A stretch of DNA of 64,000 bases, taken from contig JBAZJV010000004.1 of assembly GCA_041651095.1 (NCBI GenBank), positions 7,735 to 71,734 on the forward strand. The letters are read 5' to 3'. Origin of the DNA: Patescibacteria group bacterium (GTDB lineage Bacteria > Patescibacteriota > Patescibacteriia > Patescibacteriales > UBA12465). The position numbers were made by a program, and so were the translations under genes. Positions 1 through 8,548 of this stretch are shown here, one piece after another; positions within the stretch are counted from its first letter, which is position 1; every line of letters begins with the position of its first letter. The notes below the pieces were generated by a model. It saw nothing but the letters and a program-made list of their open reading frames with translations. It did not search any database and was not told where the DNA came from.

Positions 1-103
1 CAGTTCTTTATAAAATTAGCGACCAGTCGGGACCCGAGCCTTGGAGTAAAAAATACTAAGAGGCCCGGGAGTAGAAAACTCGGGCTGTTTAATTATTAAA
101 CCT

Positions 104-262
104 ATGTTTAAGACATTAAACGGTTTCCTGGCAATAATCGTTCTGATTATTGTCTTGAAATGGGCGCTTCCCCCGGAGGCAGTCGAACTGGCGGGCCAGA
201 TCTTAGTCAAGGTATTAACCTTGATCAGAGATTTGCTCCAACAGGTCAATATGCCTCAATAA
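104..262 (+). CDS. small hypothetical membrane peptide (52 aa, one TM helix LAIIVLIIVLKWAL)
   Basis: ATG at 104, stop TAA 260-262, hydrophobic core, followed by strong hairpin terminator; below ORF-track size cutoff; no clear SD. Confidence 0.2.
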   Translation: MFKTLNGFLAIIVLIIVLKWALPPEAVELAGQILVKVLTLIRDLLQQVNMPQ

Positions 263-270
263 CAATTTTA

Positions 271-305
271 AAAAGAACTCTTTTCCAAGAGTTCTTTTAA
301 TTTAT
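271..305 (+). terminator. rho-independent terminator hairpin (12-bp stem AAAAGAACTCTT/AAGAGTTCTTTT, loop TTCC, then AATTTAT)
   Basis: perfect inverted repeat 271-282/287-298 read directly. Confidence 0.45.
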
Positions 306-406
306 AAAATGTCGGCAATTAAAGTTAATCCGCCGGGCAAAGCCTGGGCAAGCACCAATAAATTGACGCAAAACGCCTTTTAACGATAAAATCTTAATAA
401 ACACCT

Positions 407-1294
407 ATGATCAATCCCCGCTTTTTATTTCTTGGTCTCGGCTTATCGGCCATCGCCATCATCTATCTGATCATCTGGGCGCTCATGAAATCAGGACCGA
501 AGGCCTACCGTTTTATTAAATCCCTGGCCTTTTCTTTATGGCCAGCCTTGCGCCAGAACGAATATATCGCCGAATTCATCTACCAGCAACCCCGGCTGAA
601 CCATTTCATCAAGAAACGCTCTAGCCGCCAATCCTTCGTGGGCCTGCCGCTCACTATCCTGGGTCTGGCCTTTTTATATGTACTATTCGCCTTCCTGGGG
701 CTGGTAGAAGATTTTATCACTTCCGACCAGATTGTCGCCATCGACTCTCGGCTGAACAATTTCCTGTTGCTTTTCCGCTCCGAGCATTATGTTAAGATCT
801 TCCTGGCTATTACTACGCTCGGACGCGCCAGAGTCATTATCAGCTTGTTGCTGGCCGCCAGTCTGCTCTTCTGGCTATGGCGCAAAAGAGCCTATATCCT
901 GCCGGCCTGGTTGAGCTTGGGCGGAGCCAGCTTGCTTAATTTCCTTAGCAAATGGGCTTTCCACCGGCCGCGGCCGGCGTTTCCGGTCTATATTGAATCC
1001 AATTTTTCTTTTCCGAGCGGCCATGCCACCGTCGCTGTTGCAGCCTACGGCTTCCTGACTTATTGTTTGTTAAGAAATACTAAAAAATTGCCGAATCGCG
1101 CTTTAGTCTTCCTGGCTGGTTTACTGATTATCGCGGCTATTGGTTTTTCCCGACTATATCTCGGCGTACATTATTTGAGCGATGTCCTGGCCGGCTATCT
1201 TTTAGGCGCTCTTTGGCTGACCATGGGCATCAGCCTAACTGAATGGCAGCTGGACCGGCAAAAGCGCCAAGAGACGGAGGCTGCGCCTAATTAA
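407..1294 (+). CDS. PAP2-family phosphatase (undecaprenyl-diphosphatase / phosphatidate phosphatase-like) membrane protein
   Basis: PAP2 motifs KWAFHRPRP (KX6RP), FPSGHAT (PSGH), SRLYLGVHYLSD (SRX5HX3D); multiple TM helices. Confidence 0.7.
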   Translation: MINPRFLFLGLGLSAIAIIYLIIWALMKSGPKAYRFIKSLAFSLWPALRQNEYIAEFIYQQPRLNHFIKKRSSRQSFVGLPLTILGLAFLYVLFAFLGLVEDFITSDQIVAIDSRLNNFLLLFRSEHYVKIFLAITTLGRARVIISLLLAASLLFWLWRKRAYILPAWLSLGGASLLNFLSKWAFHRPRPAFPVYIESNFSFPSGHATVAVAAYGFLTYCLLRNTKKLPNRALVFLAGLLIIAAIGFSRLYLGVHYLSDVLAGYLLGALWLTMGISLTEWQLDRQKRQETEAAPN

Positions 1295-1330
1295 AAACCC
1301 GGTCTTTTGGATCGGGTTTATTGTAAAATT
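1295..1330 (+). terminator. rho-independent terminator (AAACCCG...CGGGTTT + T-rich)
   Basis: inverted repeat 1295-1301/1313-1319 followed by ATTGTAAAATTTT. Confidence 0.45.
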
Positions 1331-1339
1331 TTGAGAGAT

Positions 1340-1588
1340 TCACCGGAAACTGGCACATAAACAATTGGCCTCCCACTCTTCTGCGCTATTATCCGGTGCA
1401 GCCCTGTAAATCATTTCTGCCAGCATGACATCTCTAAGCTCTTTAGCTCGCCGGCACAAAAATGTAAATGCCTTACTTTTTAGGGCGCCGGCTCGACGGG
1501 ATTTATAAACTTTTAAAACGAAATAAAATGTCCCGTAAGGGTGCACGATGACAAAACAATTCACCAGAAAGAAAAAAAATTTTTTCAA
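1340..1588 (-). CDS. hypothetical protein
   Basis: ORF only; no recognisable motifs. Confidence 0.2.
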   Translation of the reverse strand: MKKFFFFLVNCFVIVHPYGTFYFVLKVYKSRRAGALKSKAFTFLCRRAKELRDVMLAEMIYRAAPDNSAEEWEANCLCASFR

Positions 1589-1616
1589 GTGACCTCCGCT
1601 TTTAATGTTTTAGATG

Positions 1617-1901
1617 TTAATTAATTAGCGCTAAACAAATATCGCAAAGATAGCCTAAGCCGACTCTGTGGTATCTTAAAACGAACAATTTGCGCTCCGC
1701 TTCTTTACGAGCGATGCCTTTTTCGGGAAAGGAAAAATAAATCGCTTCAATTTCCGAAATAGTATTAACCATGTTGAGCTGCCATAAAGAATATTTATCC
1801 CAGGCAACCAGTATGTTTCTTTCTTCTTCGCCGCCGATAGTAGCGGCCAGATAAGCCTGTTTGTAGGCTTCAGCGTTTGGCAAATTGATTTCTTGAATCA
1901 T
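1617..1901 (-). CDS. hypothetical protein
   Basis: ORF only. Confidence 0.3.
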   Translation of the reverse strand: MIQEINLPNAEAYKQAYLAATIGGEEERNILVAWDKYSLWQLNMVNTISEIEAIYFSFPEKGIARKEAERKLFVLRYHRVGLGYLCDICLALIN

Positions 1902-2023
1902 TTTTACCTCTATTGTTAATTTACGAAATAATGACTTATTTTATAAAAAAATAATAACATAACTTTATAGTTATGTCAATGATATAAAAATCCTAAATAT
2001 TCAAACAATTTACACGTCTTTTT

Positions 2024-2731
2024 TTATTTCCCGTACCTTCTCTGCCGCCGGCCGTATTCCCTGATCGCGGCAGCCAGATCCCGGCCGCTAAAATCCGGCC
2101 AATGTTTTTTTACGAAATATAGCTCGCTATAAACCGACTGCCAGGTCAGGAAACCGGACAAACGCTGTTCGCCGGAAGTCCTGATGATCAGATCCGGGTC
2201 GGGCCAGCCGGCCGAGTCCAGATTCCGGCTGATCAACTCCTCGGTAATCTTGGCCGGTGATATTTTTCGGGCCGCCAGTTTCCGCATCGCGCGAATGATT
2301 TCGTCGCGGCCGCCGTAGCTCAAGCAGATATTCAGGACGCCGCGTTGATTATTTTTCGTGGCCTGTTCCACGCGCTGCATGGCCGTTTGCAAGGAGCGGT
2401 CAAAATCCTGCCGCCGGCCGAAAAAATTCAGCCGTATTCCCTGGCGGGCCAGATCGGCTGTGCCGGTACCGACGAACAGCCTGAACAATTTTAAAAGATA
2501 AGCGACTTCCGATTTCTGTCGGCGCCAATTTTCAGTGGAAAAGGCATAGACAGTCAAAACTTTCACGCCCTGCTCAAAGGCGGCGACGGCAATCTCCTTG
2601 ACCTTATCGTAACCGCGGCGATGTCCCTCCAGAGTCGGCAAACCGTGCGCCCGAGCCCAGCGACGATTGCCGTCTAAGATAATACCGATGTGAATAGGCG
2701 TTTTCAGTTGGCTGGCTTTGTTAGGTGTCAT
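2024..2731 (-). CDS. uppS: undecaprenyl-diphosphate synthase (isoprenyl transferase)
   Basis: IGIILDGNRRWA signature and full-length UppS-like sequence (YAFSTENWRR, RTSGEQRLSGF). Confidence 0.9.
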   Translation of the reverse strand: MTPNKASQLKTPIHIGIILDGNRRWARAHGLPTLEGHRRGYDKVKEIAVAAFEQGVKVLTVYAFSTENWRRQKSEVAYLLKLFRLFVGTGTADLARQGIRLNFFGRRQDFDRSLQTAMQRVEQATKNNQRGVLNICLSYGGRDEIIRAMRKLAARKISPAKITEELISRNLDSAGWPDPDLIIRTSGEQRLSGFLTWQSVYSELYFVKKHWPDFSGRDLAAAIREYGRRQRRYGK

Positions 2732-2783
2732 ATGTAATAGCCGATCTTATTGGTAGCGACGACGGCCGACAATGCCGCCGGTT

Positions 2784-4082
2784 TTACGAAGACAAAGCTT
2801 TCAGATCCTCTCTGACCGCGGCAGCTAATAATTCCGGGCTGGCGAATTTTTTGACCTCGCGCAATTTACGGCCGACCGTCACCTGCACTTCCTGGCCATA
2901 GATATCTTCATGAAAATCCTGGATCAAGATTTCCAAAGATGGCGGCTCGTTAAAAACATCCTTGAAGCCGAAATGCAGCAAGCCACGATAATTTTCGCCC
3001 TTGACCACGATATCCGCCAGATAAATGCCGTGCGGCATGTCCAGGTCGGTCTTGTCCAGATTGGCCGTCGGGAATCCTAGTTCCCGGCCCCGGCCCTGGC
3101 CGCGGATGACCCGGGCCGTAAAAGCGATCTTCGGCTTATCCAGATAGGAAACCTGGAAGAAGGCCCACAGCAGAACCAAGGCGGCGACGATCTGTACCGG
3201 CGTCAGATAATTGTGATTGAAAACATAGTCCATGATCAAGGCGGAAAATGGCCAGAACAATTCCAGGATGGTGGAAGCGGAAGCGGATACCCGGCGCAAG
3301 CCGAAATAATAGACGAACATGGCCCCGGCGCCGCTCGTGAACAGGATCAAAACGAAGAAACGCCAATGCATGGGCGTAATCTGGCTGAAACGGAAGACAT
3401 CGCTGTTTAATAGGATAAGAACCAACCCCATGACCGCGGTGACACCGAAGCGCAAAGCGGCCACGGCCCTATAGTCCAAGTGGTTGGCGATGCGCTTGCC
3501 GAACACCGTGGAGGAGCCGAAAGCGAAGGCGGCCAGGAAGGAAAACAACGCCGCGTTATGCCACCAATTAATCTCAAAAATATTCAGTCCGGTCTTGGCA
3601 AAAGCGATAAAATAGCTAGCGACGATGGCGATCGCGGTCCAGGCATAGAAACGCTTCGGCAATTTTTCGCCCAAGATAATACGCGCCAATAACAGAGCGA
3701 AAATCGGTTGAAGTTTCTGCAGAATCACGACCGTCGCGAAAGTAGTCTCGCCGTCAAAAGCAGCGAAGAACGCCTTGGTAATCATGATTGTTCCGATAAG
3801 TCCACCAAACAAGCTGATCCAAATAATCGCGCCCCAGCTTTTGCGGCTTAGCGCTTTGATCTTATTCCAATAGATAAAAATAAACGGCGACAAGACTAAG
3901 AATCCAAGGGCATGTTCGACAAACACGACCAAAGGAGCCGGCAGGATATAAAAGCGAGGACGGATGAACAGGCCGTCGATGCTCCACAACAAGGCGGCCA
4001 ACATGATGGCCAAACTACCTAATACCGTATATCTGCTCCGGTTGGCAAATAATTTTTTCATGGTTTTATAATTAATTTCCAC
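2784..4082 (-). CDS. fusion protein: N-terminal 10-TM EamA/DMT-family transporter + C-terminal riboflavin kinase (RFK) domain
   Basis: C-terminal ~125 aa RVIRGQGRGRELGFPTANLD...EILIQDFHEDIYGQEVQV matches RibF C-terminal riboflavin kinase hallmark (GRGR.LGFPTAN); N-terminal 300 aa is a polytopic EamA-like membrane domain. Confidence 0.75.
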   Translation of the reverse strand: MEINYKTMKKLFANRSRYTVLGSLAIMLAALLWSIDGLFIRPRFYILPAPLVVFVEHALGFLVLSPFIFIYWNKIKALSRKSWGAIIWISLFGGLIGTIMITKAFFAAFDGETTFATVVILQKLQPIFALLLARIILGEKLPKRFYAWTAIAIVASYFIAFAKTGLNIFEINWWHNAALFSFLAAFAFGSSTVFGKRIANHLDYRAVAALRFGVTAVMGLVLILLNSDVFRFSQITPMHWRFFVLILFTSGAGAMFVYYFGLRRVSASASTILELFWPFSALIMDYVFNHNYLTPVQIVAALVLLWAFFQVSYLDKPKIAFTARVIRGQGRGRELGFPTANLDKTDLDMPHGIYLADIVVKGENYRGLLHFGFKDVFNEPPSLEILIQDFHEDIYGQEVQVTVGRKLREVKKFASPELLAAAVREDLKALSS

Positions 4083-4143
4083 TGTCAGACATCGATGAAC
4101 AAAACAGCCCGCCGGGCGGGCTGTAATTTGCCGCCATCTGCGG

Positions 4144-4437
4144 CTATTTCCTTTTCGGCTTCTTATTTGCGCTCGCCTGGACGACTCGCTGCCAATTCTG
4201 CTTGCCGATAGAGTAGCCGAGGATAAGGCCGATAACCAGCAAAGCGAATTTGACTAGCGGCGACAGGTAAGAATTCACGCCCAGGAAACGATAGGCCTGC
4301 GGCACCAGGCCCTGAGCCAGGATCTGCCTGATATACAAGGCTTCAAGCAGACTCTGGAAAATGGCGACCGGCACCAGCGTTAAAAAAATAAAAAACAGGA
4401 AGTAGTTAAGCTTATCGATCTTCAGGTTTTGGAGCAT
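4144..4437 (-). CDS. small hypothetical membrane protein
   Basis: two predicted TM helices, Lys-rich C-terminus. Confidence 0.35.
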   Translation of the reverse strand: MLQNLKIDKLNYFLFFIFLTLVPVAIFQSLLEALYIRQILAQGLVPQAYRFLGVNSYLSPLVKFALLVIGLILGYSIGKQNWQRVVQASANKKPKRK

Positions 4438-4505
4438 ACTTTAATTTTTAAGTTTTGCCCTTTTTTTGAATTATAACAAAGATTAGATTAAAGCTCAACT
4501 TTATT

Positions 4506-4534
4506 TTGACAAATTGCCCTGATTATATTAATAT
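4506..4534 (+). promoter_or_regulatory. putative sigma70 promoter TTGACA-N17-TAATAT upstream of hpt
   Basis: hexamers read directly; GGAGG SD precedes ATG at 4603. Confidence 0.4.
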
Positions 4535-4602
4535 AGAGCATTACTTTAAAAACATCGTTCTTAAAACCAGGCCATTACCGTGGCCGCATTACGGAGGATA
4601 TT

Positions 4603-5192
4603 ATGAATACCATTTCAACCAAAAACGGCACTATCACCATCAACGGCGACCTCTACCGCCGATTATTCAGCGAAGCGCAAATCATGTCTAGAGTTGGCGC
4701 GCTGGCAGCAGAGATCAAAAAAGATTATATATCCGAGGAGCGAACGCCGATATTATTATTAGTACTAACCGGCGGATTATACTTTGGATAGATCTATCCA
4801 AAGCTTTGTCAGATATCGGATTAAATCACCACCTGGACACCGTGGGGCTTAAACGGTATAGCGCCGATGAAAAAGGCGGCGCCGTAGAATTGCTGAGCCG
4901 GCCGCACGCCGATTTGGGCGACCGCGATGTCATCGTGGTAGAAGACGTGGTCGATAACGGCGCGACCATGAATTTCTTGCATGACTACCTGTCATATCTG
5001 CCCATCAAACCACGCTCCGTAAAATACTGCTTCCTGGGCATCAAGAATAATCACGGTCCGTTGAAATTTTCCACCAACTATCTGGGTTTCGATATCGAAC
5101 CAGCCTGGATCGTCGGATACGGTTTAGATTCCGGGCAAAGCTACCGCGGTTTAAGAGATATTTACCAAAAAATTGAAAACCCGGAAGCATAA
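4603..5192 (+). pseudogene. hpt: hypoxanthine phosphoribosyltransferase, interrupted by a single-nucleotide frameshift near 4783-4787
   Basis: frame 1 (4603-4791) gives Hpt N-terminus ...ILLLVLTGGLYFG*; frame 0 continues WIDLSKALSDIGLNHHLDTVGLKRYSADE...DRDVIVVEDVVDNGATM (PRPP-binding motif); join requires a 1-nt indel in the TTT run at 4783-4785. Confidence 0.8.
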
Positions 5193-5203
5193 ATTTCGCT
5201 CGC

Positions 5204-5240
5204 AAAACCTCGTCTTTACAGGCGGGGTTTTTAATTTTTA
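5204..5240. terminator. bidirectional rho-independent terminator between convergent hpt and the M23 peptidase gene
   Basis: AAAACCTCG...CGGGGTTTT stem flanked by A/T runs. Confidence 0.45.
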
Positions 5241-5259
5241 CTAAATACAGCTCAACCGG

Positions 5260-6024
5260 TTATTTTATATATTTCAAAGGATCCAACCAATCCGCTAAGT
5301 CCGCCCGGTCGGCAACATAGCCGCGCAAATTTATACTAGGCCCTTGATGAATGCCGAGGTGCAGGTGTTTGCGCTCGCCGTCAGTTTCCTGGCTATACCC
5401 CTGCCCTAGGATGGCAATCTGATCGCCGGATTCCAAAGTATCGTTAAGCTTGTGGCTGATCGAGGAAAGTTTTAGGTGGCCGTAAAGCACGGTAACACTT
5501 GCCCCATCCAATTGGCATCGTTCCACGGCGACGCCGCCGTAACCATTAACATAATTCTTATAAACCAAGAAACCGCTACAAACCGCATGGATTGGCACTT
5601 CGTCATCATCTTCTCCGGTAAAAATTTCAAAATCCGCTCCCGTGTGATAGCCATAAAACTTTTCCGGACTGACGGGCGAATCTTGCGGCGAAACTTTTAA
5701 GCCAAACGGTTTTTTGGTTACCCGCTTTGGCGCATCACTTAGCGGCCAACTTAAAGAAGCGGCGGCCGGAGTAACTTGACTAGCGGGAATTATCTGGCTC
5801 ATTGTCGTTTGTCCGTCGGCCGACACTGGCCGGTTTGGCGCTCCCGCGAGATTCGAAGCAATGTCAGGAGCTTGATTACCGGACGGCGCCTTAGTGTGAT
5901 TAAAAAATAATAATCCCCAGGCTGCTAACATCAGGATTATTATGATTAATCCGAATATCAAATCCTTATTTTTCATAAAGCTGTCCACGGCCAGCAGCCC
6001 TAGCGGCCAACAGTCCGCCCGCAA
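5260..6024 (-). CDS. membrane-anchored M23/LytM-family metallopeptidase
   Basis: HTGADF (HxxxD) and HLHLGIH (HxH) M23 motifs; N-terminal TM anchor, Pro/Ala-rich linker; true start may be the internal MKNKD (5976). Confidence 0.75.
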   Translation of the reverse strand: MRADCWPLGLLAVDSFMKNKDLIFGLIIIILMLAAWGLLFFNHTKAPSGNQAPDIASNLAGAPNRPVSADGQTTMSQIIPASQVTPAAASLSWPLSDAPKRVTKKPFGLKVSPQDSPVSPEKFYGYHTGADFEIFTGEDDDEVPIHAVCSGFLVYKNYVNGYGGVAVERCQLDGASVTVLYGHLKLSSISHKLNDTLESGDQIAILGQGYSQETDGERKHLHLGIHQGPSINLRGYVADRADLADWLDPLKYIK

Positions 6025-6125
6025 CCGTATCCCCAGAACAGCCGAAATATGACCAATCTGGCTTTGCCATGTTAATCATTTATAGTCTATAAATTTAATA
6101 ACAATATCCAGTTATTGTTCAGGCG

Positions 6126-6506
6126 CTAGCGATTACTTCGACCAGAGGTGCCGAGGGCTGATTTTTTATAGCGCCAACTAAGGAGGTAAAGCAGCCCGAC
6201 AATCGCCGACGGCAAGGAGATGGCGGCATACCAGCTCCAAGGCCGTCCCCAGCCGACCATCACGATGTAGAAAACGGCGAAACCGAAGAAGATGACCGCG
6301 CCGACGAGGTCATACTTCCAGGCTACTAAGACGGCCGCCAGCAGAATAAGCATGGGGATCAGGTGGATTAAAAACGGCAGAACGGCGCTCCAACCGCTAT
6401 ACTCCGTAAAAACGTCCAGCGCAAACAAGGACAAAAACAACACGAAGCCCAGGCTGAGAATCCGGGGCAGCCAATAAATAGCTTTATGGCTGATTTTTTG
6501 GTCCAT
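6126..6506 (-). CDS. hypothetical membrane protein (4 TM)
   Basis: hydrophobic helices only. Confidence 0.4.
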   Translation of the reverse strand: MDQKISHKAIYWLPRILSLGFVLFLSLFALDVFTEYSGWSAVLPFLIHLIPMLILLAAVLVAWKYDLVGAVIFFGFAVFYIVMVGWGRPWSWYAAISLPSAIVGLLYLLSWRYKKSALGTSGRSNR

Positions 6507-6600
6507 AGGTTTTTATGTTAAATATTAAGCAGCTTATTAACATTATACCAAATATAACACCGGAAGACGATTGCTGCGCCATCAGGCCCAAGTATTAAAA

Positions 6601-6632
6601 AAGAAGGGCGTTTGAATTCCCTTCTTGGTTTC
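6601..6632 (-). terminator. rho-independent terminator downstream of the 6644-6850 gene
   Basis: AAGAAGGG...CCCTTCTT stem with T-run on minus strand. Confidence 0.4.
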
Positions 6633-6643
6633 GTTAAAAAATA

Positions 6644-6850
6644 TTAAATGTCGCCGAGCATTTCGACATAATCTGTCAGCCTGGCTTTGCCGCCAGCGAC
6701 GATTTCCGGGGGCCAACCTAGCTGCTTGATTTTGGTCTTAGTATTTTCACTTAAGCTGTCATACCAAGCACTATCCCCAGACTGTCCGCCGAGTTGTTGC
6801 TGTTCTTTATCGATTTGATCGATAAATTGCTTTGTTTCTACTTTGTTCAT
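6644..6850 (-). CDS. hypothetical protein (68 aa)
   Basis: ORF only. Confidence 0.3.
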   Translation of the reverse strand: MNKVETKQFIDQIDKEQQQLGGQSGDSAWYDSLSENTKTKIKQLGWPPEIVAGGKARLTDYVEMLGDI

Positions 6851-6885
6851 TTTGATCTCCTACGCTTTGATTATAATTTAGTTTT

Positions 6886-8142
6886 TTATACCTTTTTCAT
6901 CAACAAAATAGCGCTATTTCTATACCGGTCAACCCAATTATCAAGATAGGCGAAATCATGACCGGCTAATTCACGGACGACCTGCTTAACCTGGTATTTC
7001 TTTGACCTAAAGACTTCGATGCCGCCGTAATGCAAGACAATGAAACCGGTTTTTGGTTCATAACTCCATTTGGCCCGGCGATAATCGATCTGGCTGCTTT
7101 TTACTATTTGATTGACGGCGAAATTCAAATAATAAGGGTTAGCGCGGTACTTCTTAAAGGTTCGCGCAATATGATTCCTCAGCTGGAAACCAAGCAACAG
7201 CTTATCTCCCGGCCGGGTATTGCTCTGAAAAACCTTAAAGATTTCTGCTTGGTCACGAGAATTTCCAATCGTGTTCCCGACGCAGATATGAATGCTGTGC
7301 TTGGTCTGACCGAGATCCAGACGGGATCGATCCAAATTCTGAAATATATCGCAAATCAGATTGGCGCTAATATTTTTTCGCGGATATTCGATCTGCTTAG
7401 CTGCCAGTTTGCCGGCAAAAATATCCAGGAAGTCCTGACTGACATCAATGGCATTAAGTTTGACCGGCGACCGCGATTCGATCTGCCAGCGCACCAATTC
7501 CATCTCGGTTTCGGCCGTACCGATACCGTAGTAGACTTGGGTGTGATTGGCAATCTGCGGATAAATGGACAACCGATATTGCTCCAGGATAGCCAACTCG
7601 TTATTCCCGCACTTATAATGTACGGGGTTACAGAAAGCTACCATCAACCAGTCGCGGGGATTACGATACCACTGTTCGCCTTGTAATTCATGGCGACTCA
7701 ATTGGTCATTCAGCCTTTGATTTAATATTTCTTCCTTTTTGCGGCTAGCATAGGCTAGCGGCGCCAAAGCGATGACCGGCTGCGGTTTCAGGTATTCGCC
7801 AACTTTCCGGCTCTTGATGACCAGCCTGGTTTTAACTGGCACGGTTCGCGTGTCGTCAAAGCGATCAAGCCCGGATCTCATTTTTATGGAATCAGGATCA
7901 GAACCTGATGGGAAGGCATATTCCATCATATCCTTGGCTATTATTTTCCCGTGCCGCACCAAATAAGTGCCTAATGGACTGGATTCGATCACTTCACCGT
8001 CGCCCAATATATAGTGAAGATATGGACCGGAATATAATTCGGAATAATTCACCGTATCAATGGAGAATAAGCTGAGCAAGAAAACGAAAAAAACAAATAA
8101 GGCTTTAATGGCCCGTACTGCCTGAGTTTTGAACTTTTTCAT
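6886..8142 (-). CDS. EgtD-family (histidine N-alpha-methyltransferase-like) SAM-dependent methyltransferase with N-terminal signal/membrane anchor and ~130-aa extra N-terminal domain
   Basis: C-terminal half parallels the EgtD family by recall (YYGIGTAETEMELV ~ ELGSGTSEKT; ICVGNTIGN ~ FLGSTIGN; PGDKLLLGFQL ~ PGDSLLLGTDL; YRRAKWSYEPKTGFIVLHY ~ FEHVAKWNSDEERIEMWL); recall-based, needs an HMM check. Confidence 0.5.
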   Translation of the reverse strand: MKKFKTQAVRAIKALFVFFVFLLSLFSIDTVNYSELYSGPYLHYILGDGEVIESSPLGTYLVRHGKIIAKDMMEYAFPSGSDPDSIKMRSGLDRFDDTRTVPVKTRLVIKSRKVGEYLKPQPVIALAPLAYASRKKEEILNQRLNDQLSRHELQGEQWYRNPRDWLMVAFCNPVHYKCGNNELAILEQYRLSIYPQIANHTQVYYGIGTAETEMELVRWQIESRSPVKLNAIDVSQDFLDIFAGKLAAKQIEYPRKNISANLICDIFQNLDRSRLDLGQTKHSIHICVGNTIGNSRDQAEIFKVFQSNTRPGDKLLLGFQLRNHIARTFKKYRANPYYLNFAVNQIVKSSQIDYRRAKWSYEPKTGFIVLHYGGIEVFRSKKYQVKQVVRELAGHDFAYLDNWVDRYRNSAILLMKKV

Positions 8143-8236
8143 TTTGACCTCTTTCGGTTTATTGATTGTTAAAATACTTTTTTAGTTTCCTATTAATTTA
8201 CAATATTAATGATTTTATGTCAATAATAATTAAAAT

Positions 8237-8285
8237 AAAAAGGCGGGCATCAAAGATACGCCGCCTTATTTGTTGTCCTGTAGAT
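8237..8285 (-). terminator. rho-independent terminator of the small Cys-rich peptide gene
   Basis: minus strand AAGGCGGCGTATCTTTGATGCCCGCCTT then TTTTATTTT. Confidence 0.5.
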
Positions 8286-8291
8286 ACAAGA

Positions 8292-8414
8292 TTAACGAGT
8301 GGCCCCGGTTATATTGTTCCATTCCGATTTGCCGTTCTTACAACGACACCAACCAGTAAACCGACCTCCTTCACATTCGTATTCGTAACGACCAATTGTT
8401 ACCCAGTAGTACAT
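8292..8414 (-). CDS. unannotated 40-aa Cys/Trp/Tyr-rich peptide MYYWVTIGRYEYECEGGRFTGWCRCKNGKSEWNNITGATR
   Basis: strong SD GGAGGAGG 4 nt upstream of ATG (8414), stop TAA (8292-8294), own terminator and upstream promoter; below ORF-track cutoff. Confidence 0.5.
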   Translation of the reverse strand: MYYWVTIGRYEYECEGGRFTGWCRCKNGKSEWNNITGATR

Positions 8415-8498
8415 GGGTCCTCCTCCTTGATTATACGACTTTGTTAAAGAAATTAGTTAACTTTACTAAATCTACTGTTATATTGCTAACATTATTTG

Positions 8499-8527
8499 AT
8501 AATAACATATAAAATATATTATGTCAA
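8499..8527 (-). promoter_or_regulatory. putative promoter TTGACA-N17-TATTAT for the small peptide gene
   Basis: minus-strand hexamers (plus tgtcaa 8522-8527, ataata 8499-8504). Confidence 0.35.
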
Positions 8528-8548
8528 TTAAACTAATTTTATATTGTA

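Noticed and set aside
4782-4803. 22-bp palindrome in hpt as an inserted miniature mobile element
   Set aside because: In the downstream frame it encodes LWIDLSKA, which corresponds to conserved Hpt sequence, so it is native coding DNA. Only a 1-nt indel is needed to repair the gene.
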